A DNA stretch of 64,000 bases, from NCBI GenBank assembly GCA_964291265.2, contig OZ219747.1, positions 2,720,001-2,784,000 of the forward strand. Direction: 5' to 3'. This document shows, piece after piece, positions 12,118-21,986 of this stretch. The position numbers and the translations under genes were made by a program. The notes below the pieces were generated by a model. That model saw nothing but the letters and a program-made list of their open reading frames with translations. It did not search any database and was not told where the DNA came from. Numbering within the stretch: position 1 is the first letter of the stretch; each line of letters begins with the position of its first letter. The stretch is from Alphaproteobacteria bacterium (GTDB taxonomy: Bacteria > Pseudomonadota > Alphaproteobacteria > SP197).

Positions 12118-13739
12118 CGTTCGCAGACCTAGCGGTGCGTGACGCCGTGGGCGGCATTCTTGCCCACAGCCTCAGGATTGAAGGGCTTTCCGTGAGGAAG
12201 GGGCGCCGCCTTGACGAGGCGCTCGCCGGCGAACTCGTGGCAGCTGGCGTCACGTCGCTGTTCGTCGCCATGCCCGACATCGACGATGTCATGGAGAATG
12301 AAGCGGCCACCAGGGTGGCCCAGGCTCTCGCAGGACCCCGTCTGCTGGTGCAGCCCGCCTCGAGGGGGCGGGTCGACATCGTTGCCCGGGAGGCGGGCCT
12401 TGTCACGGTCGACATCGTTGCGCTGCAGGCCGTGAACCGCGTCGACGAAGCGGTGACGATTGCCACCCTGCCGGGATTCGAGCCGGTCGGCGCGGGCGAG
12501 AGAGTGGCGACCACCAAGATCATCCCCTTCGCCGTGCCGTCGGCCACCGTGGCGGCGTGCGTTGACCTGATGGAAGCGCCGGCACTGTCGGTCGCCCCCT
12601 TCAGCGCCTGGCGCACGGGTCTCGTCATGACCACGTCGCCGGCAGTGACGCCGCGGGTTCTCGATCGCACCACGAACGTGGTGACCGCGAGAATCGAGGG
12701 TTTCGGTCTGAGTCCGGGCGACTGTGTCAGGACCCCGCACCGGACACCGGATCTCGCTGACACCATCACCCGCATGGCCGAGAACCACGATATCGTTCTC
12801 GTCTGCGGCGCCTCTGCCATCTCGGACCGCAGGGATGTCATCCCGGCTGCGATCGAGTCCGCGGGCGGCGTCTTCGATCACCTCGGCATGCCCGTTGATC
12901 CAGGCAATCTCCTGCTTCTCGCCCACATCGGCAGCACTCGCGTTCTCGGACTGCCGGGGTGCGTCAGGTCACCGCAGCCCAATGGACTTGATCTCGTTCT
13001 GGGGCGTCTTGCCGCAGGCATCCGCGTGACCGGCACGGACATCCAGGCCATGGGCGTCGGCGGTCTTCTCAGGGGACGGTCGTCGGGTGTCCTTCCCGTG
13101 GCGGGGAGTCGCAGGGAGATGCCGGCGGCCATCGTCCTGGCAGCCGGCCGCAGCCGGCGCATGGGCAGGCGCAACAAGCTCCTGTTGACGATCGATGGTG
13201 TGCCCATGGTCCGCCACGTGGTGAACGCCCTTGGTTCGGCCGGAATCACGGTCATCCGGGTGGTGACCGGCCACCAGGCCGCCTCCGTGCGTGCAGCCCT
13301 GGAGGGTTGCCCCGTCTCGTTTGTCGACAACAACGACCATGAGGCCGGGCTCAGCACGTCACTGAAGGCGGGGCTCGATGCGCTCCCCACCTCCTGTGAT
13401 GCGGCATTCGTCTGCCTGGGCGACATGCCGGCGGTGAGCGGGACGGCGCTCGGTTCCCTTGCCCGTGCATGGCAGGGGTCCGAAGCCAAGGCGATCGTCG
13501 TGCCGACGTGGAATGGCCGCCGCGGCAACCCCGTCCTGTGGGACAGCAGTTTCTTCCAGGCGATGCGCAGGGTGACGGGCGATGCCGGCGCCAGGCACCT
13601 GATCGGCGAGTACGCAGACCACGTGATCGAGGTCGCGATGGACGACGGCGCCGTCCTGGTGGACATCGACACGCCGCAGGACGCGGACAGCATCATCATG
13701 GCCGGTTGTCCGGCAGCCCTTGAGACACGCGAACGATGA
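12114..13739 (+). CDS. Molybdopterin-binding domain fused to a MocA-like nucleotidyltransferase
   Basis: GMPVDPGNLL and GLPGC in the N-terminal part; VLAAGRSRRMG-NKLL, LGDMP, RGNPVLW and GDAGAR in the C-terminal part. Confidence 0.9.
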   Translation: MTFADLAVRDAVGGILAHSLRIEGLSVRKGRRLDEALAGELVAAGVTSLFVAMPDIDDVMENEAATRVAQALAGPRLLVQPASRGRVDIVAREAGLVTVDIVALQAVNRVDEAVTIATLPGFEPVGAGERVATTKIIPFAVPSATVAACVDLMEAPALSVAPFSAWRTGLVMTTSPAVTPRVLDRTTNVVTARIEGFGLSPGDCVRTPHRTPDLADTITRMAENHDIVLVCGASAISDRRDVIPAAIESAGGVFDHLGMPVDPGNLLLLAHIGSTRVLGLPGCVRSPQPNGLDLVLGRLAAGIRVTGTDIQAMGVGGLLRGRSSGVLPVAGSRREMPAAIVLAAGRSRRMGRRNKLLLTIDGVPMVRHVVNALGSAGITVIRVVTGHQAASVRAALEGCPVSFVDNNDHEAGLSTSLKAGLDALPTSCDAAFVCLGDMPAVSGTALGSLARAWQGSEAKAIVVPTWNGRRGNPVLWDSSFFQAMRRVTGDAGARHLIGEYADHVIEVAMDDGAVLVDIDTPQDADSIIMAGCPAALETRER

Positions 13740-14965
13740 GCGTGACGATCGATTCCATCAGCCGGGCCTCGAGGGTGATCGCGGGGCATGTCGTCAGGAC
13801 TCCCTGTGTCCATTCGCGCACGTTGTCGACCATGAGCGGGGCCGATGTCTTCGTGAAGTTCGAGAATCACCAGTTCACGGCGTCCTTCAAGGACCGTGGC
13901 GCCCTGGTGAAGATCGCTTCTCTCGGAGACGAGGAGCGTTGCCGCGGAGTTATCGCGATGTCAGCCGGCAACCACGCCCAGGCCGTCGCCTACCATGCCC
14001 GACGCCTGGGCATTCCGGCGACCATCGTCATGCCCGAAGGGGCTTCGGTGGTGAAGGTCCGGAACACCGAGCGCCTCGGCGCCCGGGTCGTTCTGACAGG
14101 TGAGACCATCGACGATGCGGCCGTGTTCGCTCATCTGATGGCGGCCGACGAGAATCTCGTCTTTGTCCATCCCTACCATGATGATCACGTCATGGCAGGG
14201 CAGGGCACCCTCGCCCTCGAGATGCTCGAGGATGCGCCGGACCTCGATGTCATCATTGTCCCCATCGGTGGCGGCGGGCTGATCGGAGGCATCGCCATTG
14301 CCGCCAGAGCCGTCCGTCCGGACGTGGAAATCGTCGGTGTCGAAGCCGAGATGTTCCCCTCGATGTACCAGCAGCTCCGGGGACTGGAGGTGAAGGCGGA
14401 AGGCCGCACCATCGCTGACGGCATCGCGGTGAAGACGCCCGGAAAGAACGCCATTCCGATTGTCCGGGATCTCGTGTCGGACATCGTCCTGGTGAGCGAA
14501 AGCCAGCTGGAACACGCCGTCCAGACCTATCTGGAAATCGAGAAGACGGTGGCGGAAGGCGGAGGTGCGGCGTCGCTTGCCTGCCTTCTCGCCTGTCCCG
14601 AACGCTTCCGCGGGCGCAAGGTGGGTCTTGTGCTGTCGGGGGGCAATATCGACAGCAGGGTGCTGTCGATGGTGATCGAGCACGGACTCGTGCGTGACGG
14701 CCGCATGGTCCGTCTTGGCCTGGAAATTCCCGATGCGCCGGGTGTGTTGGCCAGGGTGAGCTCCATCATCGGTGAAACCGGAGCGAACATCATCGAAGTG
14801 CACCACCAGCGGGCATTCTCGAGTCTTTCGGTCAAGCTCGCCGATCTCGACATCGTTCTCGAAACCCTCGACCGGGACCACATCGGACGGATTGCAGCAC
14901 GCCTGCGGGAGGCCGGATTCCGCGTCCAGCCCGCCGAACCCGTCTCCGCCCGCAGAACGGTCTGA
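13736..14965 (+). CDS. ilvA: Threonine ammonia-lyase with C-terminal ACT domain
   Basis: KFENHQFTASFKDRGA, SAGNHAQ, PIGGGGL and LSGGNID; ACT domain (IPDAPGVL). Confidence 0.9.
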   Translation: MSVTIDSISRASRVIAGHVVRTPCVHSRTLSTMSGADVFVKFENHQFTASFKDRGALVKIASLGDEERCRGVIAMSAGNHAQAVAYHARRLGIPATIVMPEGASVVKVRNTERLGARVVLTGETIDDAAVFAHLMAADENLVFVHPYHDDHVMAGQGTLALEMLEDAPDLDVIIVPIGGGGLIGGIAIAARAVRPDVEIVGVEAEMFPSMYQQLRGLEVKAEGRTIADGIAVKTPGKNAIPIVRDLVSDIVLVSESQLEHAVQTYLEIEKTVAEGGGAASLACLLACPERFRGRKVGLVLSGGNIDSRVLSMVIEHGLVRDGRMVRLGLEIPDAPGVLARVSSIIGETGANIIEVHHQRAFSSLSVKLADLDIVLETLDRDHIGRIAARLREAGFRVQPAEPVSARRTV

Positions 14966-15678
14966 CACGCCGCGCCGCACCTGTGGTGCCACGTTCCCTC
15001 AGGCGGCGTCTTTGCCGTCGCCCCGGGTGGATGCTGGATCGGCATCGAAAGAGAGCGATGCGGCGCCGGGCAGAGTTGTGACGACGCCCCCGGCACCGCA
15101 CCCGGACGAGCCGGTCACGGGGGACCGAACTCCCGTGTATTGTCAGGCAGTTTCGCGTCCGGGTCCACCCCCGCTCCCGAAACGGAGGTGTGCCGCGGAG
15201 GCTCCTGTACGACAACCTGAAGAGCGCCGTGGTGACGCGCCGCGGCAAGGCGGTCACCTAGATGCTGCTCGTCCTCGCGGCCCCCTGAGCCTTCGAACCG
15301 AGCGCCGCCTGGCCCAGGAGCCCACAGGAGAAAGCGGCGAGTGTCAGCAGAAGAGCGGCAGCGAGTCCCGCCTTCAGGCGGTGGGCGGTTCTCTCGAGGG
15401 CGCCCACCGGCTCAGTTCCGCGCCCTGACTCTGGGGGGAGGATTTGGAGAGTGCGCGCGCACGTGAGGCGCTCATGCTCCGCCCGGAGAGCCGCCGGTCA
15501 TGCCCCGTCATGATGCTCATCTTCCCGTCCCCGAATTCCACGCCGTCGTCCCCGCAGGGCCGCAACAAACCCGTCAGTGAAATCCGTAACCCATGCAACG
15601 GATGGCGGTAACACACGTGCCTGTCGCATGGTCGGTGCGGCGCTTCTCGCATGGTTCTGGCGCCGCGCGGGAGGTGCG

Positions 15679-17979
15679 TCAGCCAACGAAGTCGAAGTCG
15701 GCCTCGGTCAGTTGCGACGCCTGAATGCCCACCACGGTCACAGTCCCCAAGGACCAGGTGATGACGGCGCCGCTGTCGGACTGCCGGATATCGAGGTCGT
15801 CGAAGCCGAGCTCCGAGTCGACCGTGTAGAAGTCGATGCGGTCCGTCCTGTCTTCGAAGTCGAGGATCGTGTCGTCGCCGCCCTTCGTGAATCCGAACGC
15901 GTCGAATCCCGTGCGGCCCCGGAGCATGTCGTCGCCCGTGGTGTCGACCATCAACCAGTCGGGCAGGCCGAAGAAGTTGAAATCGTCTTCGGTCAGTTGC
16001 GACGTCTGGATCCCTTCCAGGGTGATGGTCCCCAGGGACCAGTTGATGGCAGCGCCGCTGTCGGACTGCCAGATCTCGAGGTCATCGAAGCCGAGTTCCC
16101 CGTCGACCGAGTGGAAGTTGAGGCGGTCCGTCCCGTCCTCGAAGTCGAGGATCGTGTCGTCGCTGCCATCCTCGAATCCCCACTCGCCGTAGTAGCCCTT
16201 CTCGAAGAACCCGAACTGATCGGCACCCTCTCCTCCCCGAAGCGTGTCAACCCCCAAGCCACCCGAGAGAAAATCGTTGCCCTTGCCGCCTTCCAGCGTG
16301 TCGTTGCCGTCACGACCGGTCAGAAAGTCGTCGCCGTCCCCGCCCCGGAGCTCATCGTCGCCCGAGTTGCCGCGGAGGAGGTCGTTGCCTGCGCCGCCAT
16401 GGATGATGTCATCGCCTTTTCGCCCGTAGAGCTTGTCGTTGCCCTCGTTGCCGTAGATCGTGTCGTCGCAGGCGGTGCCGAAGAGCCAATCGCGCCCCGC
16501 GCCGCCATGAATGGTCTCGCCGCAGTCCTCGACGTCGAGCGTCCCATCGCCTGAAGTGCCCGGGACCGTGTCCTCGTCGCCGCCGCCGTCGTTGTCGTTG
16601 TCGAGGGGGTTGCCGCCGTCGTTGTCGTCGTCGAGGGGGTTGCCGCCGTCATTGTCGTCGTCGCTCGTACTGGCGCCGTACACGACCGTTTCACCGCCGC
16701 CACCGCCAGCAGGCAGGATGAAGTCGTCCGCGTCCAGGCCGCCCACCGACACACCCGACAGCCTGATCGTGTCGCCGCTGTCGCCATAACCGACGACGGC
16801 GTCGTCGCCGTCCTGCTCGATGATCAGCGCCTCAAACCCGCCGGATACGCCATCCAGGCGAATCCTGTCGCCACCCCCGAAGTCGGTAATGGTGTCGGCC
16901 CCGTCTCCCGCCGCGAACACGAAGGTGTCGCTGCCCTTGCCGCCAGCCAGCGTGTCGTCGCCGGCCCCGCCGGTCAGCGTGTCGGCGCCCCTGGCGCCAC
17001 GCAGGGTGTCGTCGCCAGCTCCGCCCATCAGCGTGTCATTGCCCTTGCCGCCCCCCAGGGTGTCGTCGCCAGCCCCGCCGGTCAGCGTGTCGGCGCCCAG
17101 GCCGCCATAGAGGAGGTCGTCGCCGGCTCCACCGGTCAGCGTGTCGGCGCCCCCGTAGCCGCGCAGGGTGTCGTCGCCATCACCACCGGTCAGCGTGTCG
17201 GCGTCCTTGCCGCCCTTCAGCACCTCGCCGCCAGCAGGCCCGCCGCTCGAGGCGTCGCCGGACGTGCCCTGCGGCGGTGCACCCTGTGCCAGGGCGTCCG
17301 GCGAGACAGCCTCCTCGCCGCCAGCCTCCGGTGGTGCGGTCCCGGCATCCGGAAACCGGAAGTCGTCCGCGCCCAGGGAGGACGCCGTCACGTTCTCCAG
17401 CGTGATCTTGTCGCCATCACCGTAGCGGATGACGGTATTGGAGCCGTCCTGCTCGATCACCAGGTCCCCGAGGCCGCCGGACACGCCGGCGATCTCGATG
17501 ATGTCGCCGGACTCGAAACCGGTCATGGTGTCGGCCCCGTCCCCCACTGCGAAGGCAAAGACATCGGCCCCCAGGCCACCATAGAGGTAGTCGTTGCCTC
17601 GGCCGCCCGTCAGCCGGTCGTCGCCCTGACCGCCGAACAGGCTGTCGATGCCGTCACCCCCGTCGAGCGTGTCGTCACCGTTGCCGCCATAGAGCGTGTC
17701 CGCCCCGGCGCCGCCGGTGAGCGTGTCGGCGCCCGCGCCGCCGTCCAGCGTGTCGTCGCCCGCACCGCCGTCCAGCGTGTCATCGTCCGAACTGCCGGGG
17801 TTCATGTCGAGAAAGCTCGCGTCGGCGCCCGGGTTTGCGGTTCCGCCCGTCAGCGTGTCGTCCCCGGCGCCGCCGGTGAGGATGTCGTCTCCGAGGCCAC
17901 CGGTCAGCGTGTCGTCGCCGATGCCGCCCGTCAGCGTGTCATCGCCGACGCCGCCGGTCCGGGATATATCCTGTGTCAT
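15679..17979 (-). CDS. RTX-type calcium-binding repeat protein (likely T1SS substrate)
   Basis: Dozens of GGxGxDxLx nonapeptides in blocks, each closed by a D-[TA]-I..DF..G..D / ADDFxF module; GGAGAGG before ATG 17979. Confidence 0.9.
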   Translation of the reverse strand: MTQDISRTGGVGDDTLTGGIGDDTLTGGLGDDILTGGAGDDTLTGGTANPGADASFLDMNPGSSDDDTLDGGAGDDTLDGGAGADTLTGGAGADTLYGGNGDDTLDGGDGIDSLFGGQGDDRLTGGRGNDYLYGGLGADVFAFAVGDGADTMTGFESGDIIEIAGVSGGLGDLVIEQDGSNTVIRYGDGDKITLENVTASSLGADDFRFPDAGTAPPEAGGEEAVSPDALAQGAPPQGTSGDASSGGPAGGEVLKGGKDADTLTGGDGDDTLRGYGGADTLTGGAGDDLLYGGLGADTLTGGAGDDTLGGGKGNDTLMGGAGDDTLRGARGADTLTGGAGDDTLAGGKGSDTFVFAAGDGADTITDFGGGDRIRLDGVSGGFEALIIEQDGDDAVVGYGDSGDTIRLSGVSVGGLDADDFILPAGGGGGETVVYGASTSDDDNDGGNPLDDDNDGGNPLDNDNDGGGDEDTVPGTSGDGTLDVEDCGETIHGGAGRDWLFGTACDDTIYGNEGNDKLYGRKGDDIIHGGAGNDLLRGNSGDDELRGGDGDDFLTGRDGNDTLEGGKGNDFLSGGLGVDTLRGGEGADQFGFFEKGYYGEWGFEDGSDDTILDFEDGTDRLNFHSVDGELGFDDLEIWQSDSGAAINWSLGTITLEGIQTSQLTEDDFNFFGLPDWLMVDTTGDDMLRGRTGFDAFGFTKGGDDTILDFEDRTDRIDFYTVDSELGFDDLDIRQSDSGAVITWSLGTVTVVGIQASQLTEADFDFVG

Positions 17980-18137
17980 CGCGCCTCTCCCCCCTTGTGG
18001 TCGATCTGCCATGCGGCAGATGAACATGATTCAGTGCCGCAATCCTCTCCCATGACCGCGGCTGGGGCAATGCCCCGGCGGTCACAAGGATGTGAATGTC
18101 CTCGCATCGGAGCCCCATTCAATTCATGCGTCAGACT

Positions 18138-18398
18138 CAGACATCCTGACCTCGTCCAACGTCAATGAGACGATTTTGTTGTGTTGCGCCGTCGATGTCG
18201 TAGACGATGGTGTGGCATGGGCGGGCTGGAGCGGTAGGGAGGGTGCCATGGGGAGCTAAAATTGGAACATGCGATATTGGACGTATTTATCGCCACATGT
18301 CAAGCAGAATCCGCGCTGAAACAGGCAGAAACACAGGAAAACCGTGGGTTTCCTGAGCGGTGCGATATGCCCCTCAGAAGAGCGGGTCAGGATGTCTG
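18138..18398. mobile_element. 261-bp MITE
   Basis: Perfect 14-bp terminal inverted repeats CAGACATCCTGACC / GGTCAGGATGTCTG flanked by direct repeat AGACT (18133-18137, 18399-18403); no ORF. Confidence 0.8.
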
Positions 18399-18713
18399 AG
18401 ACTATTCTCAATGCCCCTGAGCACAACGCATTGTCTCTATTCCGCTTCCCTATGTGCCACTACAGTCTCCAAGAGCTCCCTGCAGGTCAACCCGATTTCT
18501 TGCCATGGCCTCTTGTTATGCCCGGAAACATCCTGCATTCAGGCGTCCTTGCATGGGAGGAATGCGACCCCTGTCAGAGAGTGCTCCACCATCGTCAATC
18601 TCACTTCAGATTGACACGCCGCAGGGGCAGATGCCGTGCAAGGGGCATGCGCCGGTCCCGGAATCGGCCATGTCGATCCCATGGAAAGCGTCGACCGTGA
18701 CGGACCGTGCGCC

Positions 18714-19430
18714 ATGAATGACGCCGCGGACCGTTCGTGCCGGAAGGTGATCTGTGTCGTTCACGGCGCGTGGTCGACCACCGGGCGTATCGGTCGTGTC
18801 CTTCGCCAGACGGGCTATGAGGAAGTGCGCTGCTGCCTGAAGACCGGTGATGTTCTCCCCCGGGATTTCCACGATGTTGCCGGCGTCATCGTCTTCGGGG
18901 GCCCGATGAGCGCCAATGATGACGGCACCCTCGACTTCATCGCCGCCGAACTGCGTTGGATCGATCGTGTCCTGGAGGCGAATGTTCCCCTTCTCGGGGT
19001 CTGCCTCGGAGCCCAGATGCTGGCCCGCAGCCTCGGCGCGACCGTGAAGCCGCATGACGACGGCTGGCACGAGATCGGGTTCACGCCCGTGGTCCCCACG
19101 CAGGCCGGACGCCCGGTGCTGCGCGACCTGCGCCAGGTCTACCAGTGGCACGAGGAGGGGTTCGACCTGCCTCGTGACTGCGAGCTCCTTGCGACCAGCC
19201 CGCGCGAACACTTTCCCAACCAGATGTTCTCCTTTCGCACGAATGTCTACGGTGTGCAGTTTCACCCGGAATGCACCATCGACATGATCCGCGAATGGAT
19301 GAAGGAGGGTTCGGAAGAACTCGATGAACGCGGTGCCCAGCAACCCCGCGAACAGCACGCCGCAGCACGCAAGTACGATCACCTGGTCGATGCCTGGCTA
19401 CCCGGTTTCGTCGACCTCTGGCTCGCCTGA
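18714..19430 (+). CDS. Class I glutamine amidotransferase-like protein
   Basis: FGGPMSAND, LGVCLGAQ and GVQFHPE catalytic motifs. Confidence 0.9.
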   Translation: MNDAADRSCRKVICVVHGAWSTTGRIGRVLRQTGYEEVRCCLKTGDVLPRDFHDVAGVIVFGGPMSANDDGTLDFIAAELRWIDRVLEANVPLLGVCLGAQMLARSLGATVKPHDDGWHEIGFTPVVPTQAGRPVLRDLRQVYQWHEEGFDLPRDCELLATSPREHFPNQMFSFRTNVYGVQFHPECTIDMIREWMKEGSEELDERGAQQPREQHAAARKYDHLVDAWLPGFVDLWLA

Positions 19431-20069
19431 TGAGACAGCCTGGAGACGTCCCTCGAGGGCGGCCTCGAGCAGGACCAGGCGGTCGTTGCCCCAGTAGAGG
19501 TGGCCGTCGAAGTGGAAGGAGGGCACCCCGAAGGCGCCCGCGGCGACGGCGTCACGGACTCTCCCCTGGTGCATCTCCTCGAGTTCACTGCTTTCGAGAT
19601 CGTGCCGGAAACGGTCGACATCGAGGCCTTCCGCGGCCGCCGCCTCGGTCAGATCATCGAGGCCGATCGCGCTGCGGTCGTCGACGAAGACGAGTGTCAT
19701 GACTCGGCGTGCATAGGCTTCCGCGGAGTTCTGGCATTCGCCGGCCAGGCAGGCACGTGACATCAGCCGGGGATCGAAGGTGAGGCGGTCAACAGGTTCG
19801 CGCCACGGTACATCGTAATGGCGCGCCCACATCAGGGCGTCGCGCTTGCGGTAGTCCCAGTCATACTGTCCCGACGACGGTGCGCTGCCGCTGCGCCCGT
19901 CGACCGGCAGGAAGGGATCGCGCCCGTCATGGGCAATGAGAGCCCTGCTGTCCACCGGCAACCAGCGAAACCGGCATCCCGACCTCTCCTCGATCCCGCG
20001 AAGCCGGGTGGCGGCGAGGTAGGAATAGCGGCTGCCTGCTCCGAAATAGAAGTCGACCAGGACCGTCAT
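19398..20069 (-). CDS. DsbA-family / 2-hydroxychromene-2-carboxylate isomerase-like protein
   Basis: VDFYFGAGSRYSYLA and GAFGVPSF...YWGNDRL. Confidence 0.88.
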   Translation of the reverse strand: MTVLVDFYFGAGSRYSYLAATRLRGIEERSGCRFRWLPVDSRALIAHDGRDPFLPVDGRSGSAPSSGQYDWDYRKRDALMWARHYDVPWREPVDRLTFDPRLMSRACLAGECQNSAEAYARRVMTLVFVDDRSAIGLDDLTEAAAAEGLDVDRFRHDLESSELEEMHQGRVRDAVAAGAFGVPSFHFDGHLYWGNDRLVLLEAALEGRLQAVSSGEPEVDETG

Positions 20070-21217
20070 TCGGCCGCCTGGGGTACGGGAAGCGGGCCGC
20101 CCTCCATCGCCTGCATGACCAGCATGTGGAAATGATGCACGGCGTGCTCGCTGATGTGACTGCGCGAACTGTCGACAATGAAGCGGCCACGGTCATAACC
20201 ACGGGACTTCAGGCCCATGTGGACACTTTCGCACAGCGCGATGTCCTCGGGTTGCAGGACATCGACGACATAGTCGACCGCGGCGCGTGACTGGTCGGTC
20301 AGCGCGCCGCCCAGGGAGTGCCAGTGAAGATGTTCGATGCAGCGTTCCGGACCGTCGGGGATCATCTGCAGGGTCATGAGGTTGGGCTCGCCGGGCATCA
20401 GCCAGATCGTCAGGTTGGGCCATACGAAGTAACCGGCGTATCCGAAATCGACATCGCCCGACTCGAAATCATAGGCTTGGTTGGTCTGCGAGCGCGGCTT
20501 GTCCGATGTCTGACCGGACCAGTACTGGTGGGTGCGGTTCCGGTATGACGGCATCGCCACCATGTCGACGAAGGCCGGATGCGCAGGCTCGCAGTGGTAA
20601 CATTCCTGGAAGTTGTCGATGACCACCTTCCAGTTGGCCTGCAGGGTGAAGTCCCTCTGGCACGCGGGTTCGAGGGACGCGGCCCGGGGCATCCAGCGCA
20701 GGATGTCGTCCTCGAGTCCGGCGTACTGTTCGCTGAACGGCTGGGCCTGCGCGTCGAGATTGACGAAGACGAGGCCAAGCATCGTGTCGACGTGCACCTC
20801 TTTCAGTGAAAACGCCGACTTGTCGAAATCGCGGACGTTCTCGCAGCCACGCGCCGTTCTCAGCGACCCGTCGAGGTTGTAGGCCCAGGCGTGGTAGGGG
20901 CATGTCAGGACGGGCCCCAGAGTCCCGCTGCCCTTCAGGACCCGGTGCGCCCGGTGCTGGCAGACATTGTAGAAGCAGCGCAGGATGCCGTCGCGCCCCC
21001 TGACGAGAGCGAGACTTTCGTCCGCGATCTCCACCACTCGATAGCTGCCCGGTGCCTTGAGAGCGCCTTCGTGTCCGACAAACAGCCACGAGCAGGCGAA
21101 AATGCGGTCCTTTTCCTCTTCGAAGATCAGAGGATCGGTATAGTACCGCGAGGCCATCGTGAAGGATCGTGAAGGATCGCTGTGGAGTCCGCCCGGAAGG
21201 GCATCTTGGCGTGTCAT
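20066..21217 (-). CDS. Rieske non-heme iron oxygenase alpha subunit, CntA/YeaW-like
   Basis: NVCQHRAH...TCPYHAW Rieske motif; NFQECYHCEPAH iron site; SEHAVHHFH C-terminus. Confidence 0.88.
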   Translation of the reverse strand: MTRQDALPGGLHSDPSRSFTMASRYYTDPLIFEEEKDRIFACSWLFVGHEGALKAPGSYRVVEIADESLALVRGRDGILRCFYNVCQHRAHRVLKGSGTLGPVLTCPYHAWAYNLDGSLRTARGCENVRDFDKSAFSLKEVHVDTMLGLVFVNLDAQAQPFSEQYAGLEDDILRWMPRAASLEPACQRDFTLQANWKVVIDNFQECYHCEPAHPAFVDMVAMPSYRNRTHQYWSGQTSDKPRSQTNQAYDFESGDVDFGYAGYFVWPNLTIWLMPGEPNLMTLQMIPDGPERCIEHLHWHSLGGALTDQSRAAVDYVVDVLQPEDIALCESVHMGLKSRGYDRGRFIVDSSRSHISEHAVHHFHMLVMQAMEGGPLPVPQAAE

Positions 21218-21342
21218 CGTGGCAGTCCGCTGACCGTCTTCGTCACCGCACCATAGGAATGCATGACGAATCTGGCAAGCCGCGCGTCGAGCTTGACAGC
21301 GGGACGGTCAAGTCCGGATCATCGGGTGAGGAGGAGGCGTCC

Positions 21343-21984
21343 ATGGCATCGATGAGGCCGCAGGCCGACGGCGATCTTCTGCTCGTGGTCGACGTTCAGA
21401 ACGACTTCTGTCCCGGTGGCGCGCTCGGTGTTCCGCGGGGTGACGAGGTGGTCGCGGTCATCAACCGGATGGCGCCGCACTTTCATCACTCCGTCGTCAC
21501 CCAGGACTGGCACCCCGCGGATCACCTCTCCTTTGCCAGCAATCATGCCGGGCGCCATCCCTTCGAGTCGGTCACCCTCGACTATGGCGAGCAGGTATTG
21601 TGGCCCGATCACTGCGTTCAGGGAAGTCACGGCGCATGTTTCCACCGCGATCTGGACTGGCGCGGTGCCGGCCTCGTCCTGCGCAAGGGCTTTCACCGCG
21701 CCATTGATTCCTATTCGGCGTTCCAGGAGAACAACAAGGACACTCCCACCGGCCTTGCAGGCTATCTGCGCGAAAGGGGTGTCAGGCGCCTCTTCATCGC
21801 CGGGCTGGCGACGGATTTCTGCGTTGCCTGGACGGCACTTGATGCGGTGGCGGGAGGTTTCGGCGCCGTCCTCGTCGAGGATGCCTGCCGGGCCATCGAT
21901 CTTGACGGTTCACTTGCCGCCGCCATGGAGGCCATGACCGGCGCCGGGGTGACGATCACCCGCTCGGCCGCGATCACGGACTGA
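21343..21984 (+). CDS. pncA: Nicotinamidase/pyrazinamidase
   Basis: VDVQNDFCPGG, TQDWHP, LWPDHCVQG and GLATDFCV; GGAGG RBS. Confidence 0.93.
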   Translation: MASMRPQADGDLLLVVDVQNDFCPGGALGVPRGDEVVAVINRMAPHFHHSVVTQDWHPADHLSFASNHAGRHPFESVTLDYGEQVLWPDHCVQGSHGACFHRDLDWRGAGLVLRKGFHRAIDSYSAFQENNKDTPTGLAGYLRERGVRRLFIAGLATDFCVAWTALDAVAGGFGAVLVEDACRAIDLDGSLAAAMEAMTGAGVTITRSAAITD

Positions 21985-21986
21985 GA

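Noticed and set aside
15679-16170. Duplicated RTX C-terminal modules as DGR template/variable repeats
   Set aside because: Differences are not adenine-specific, both copies are coding in one ORF, and there is no RT gene
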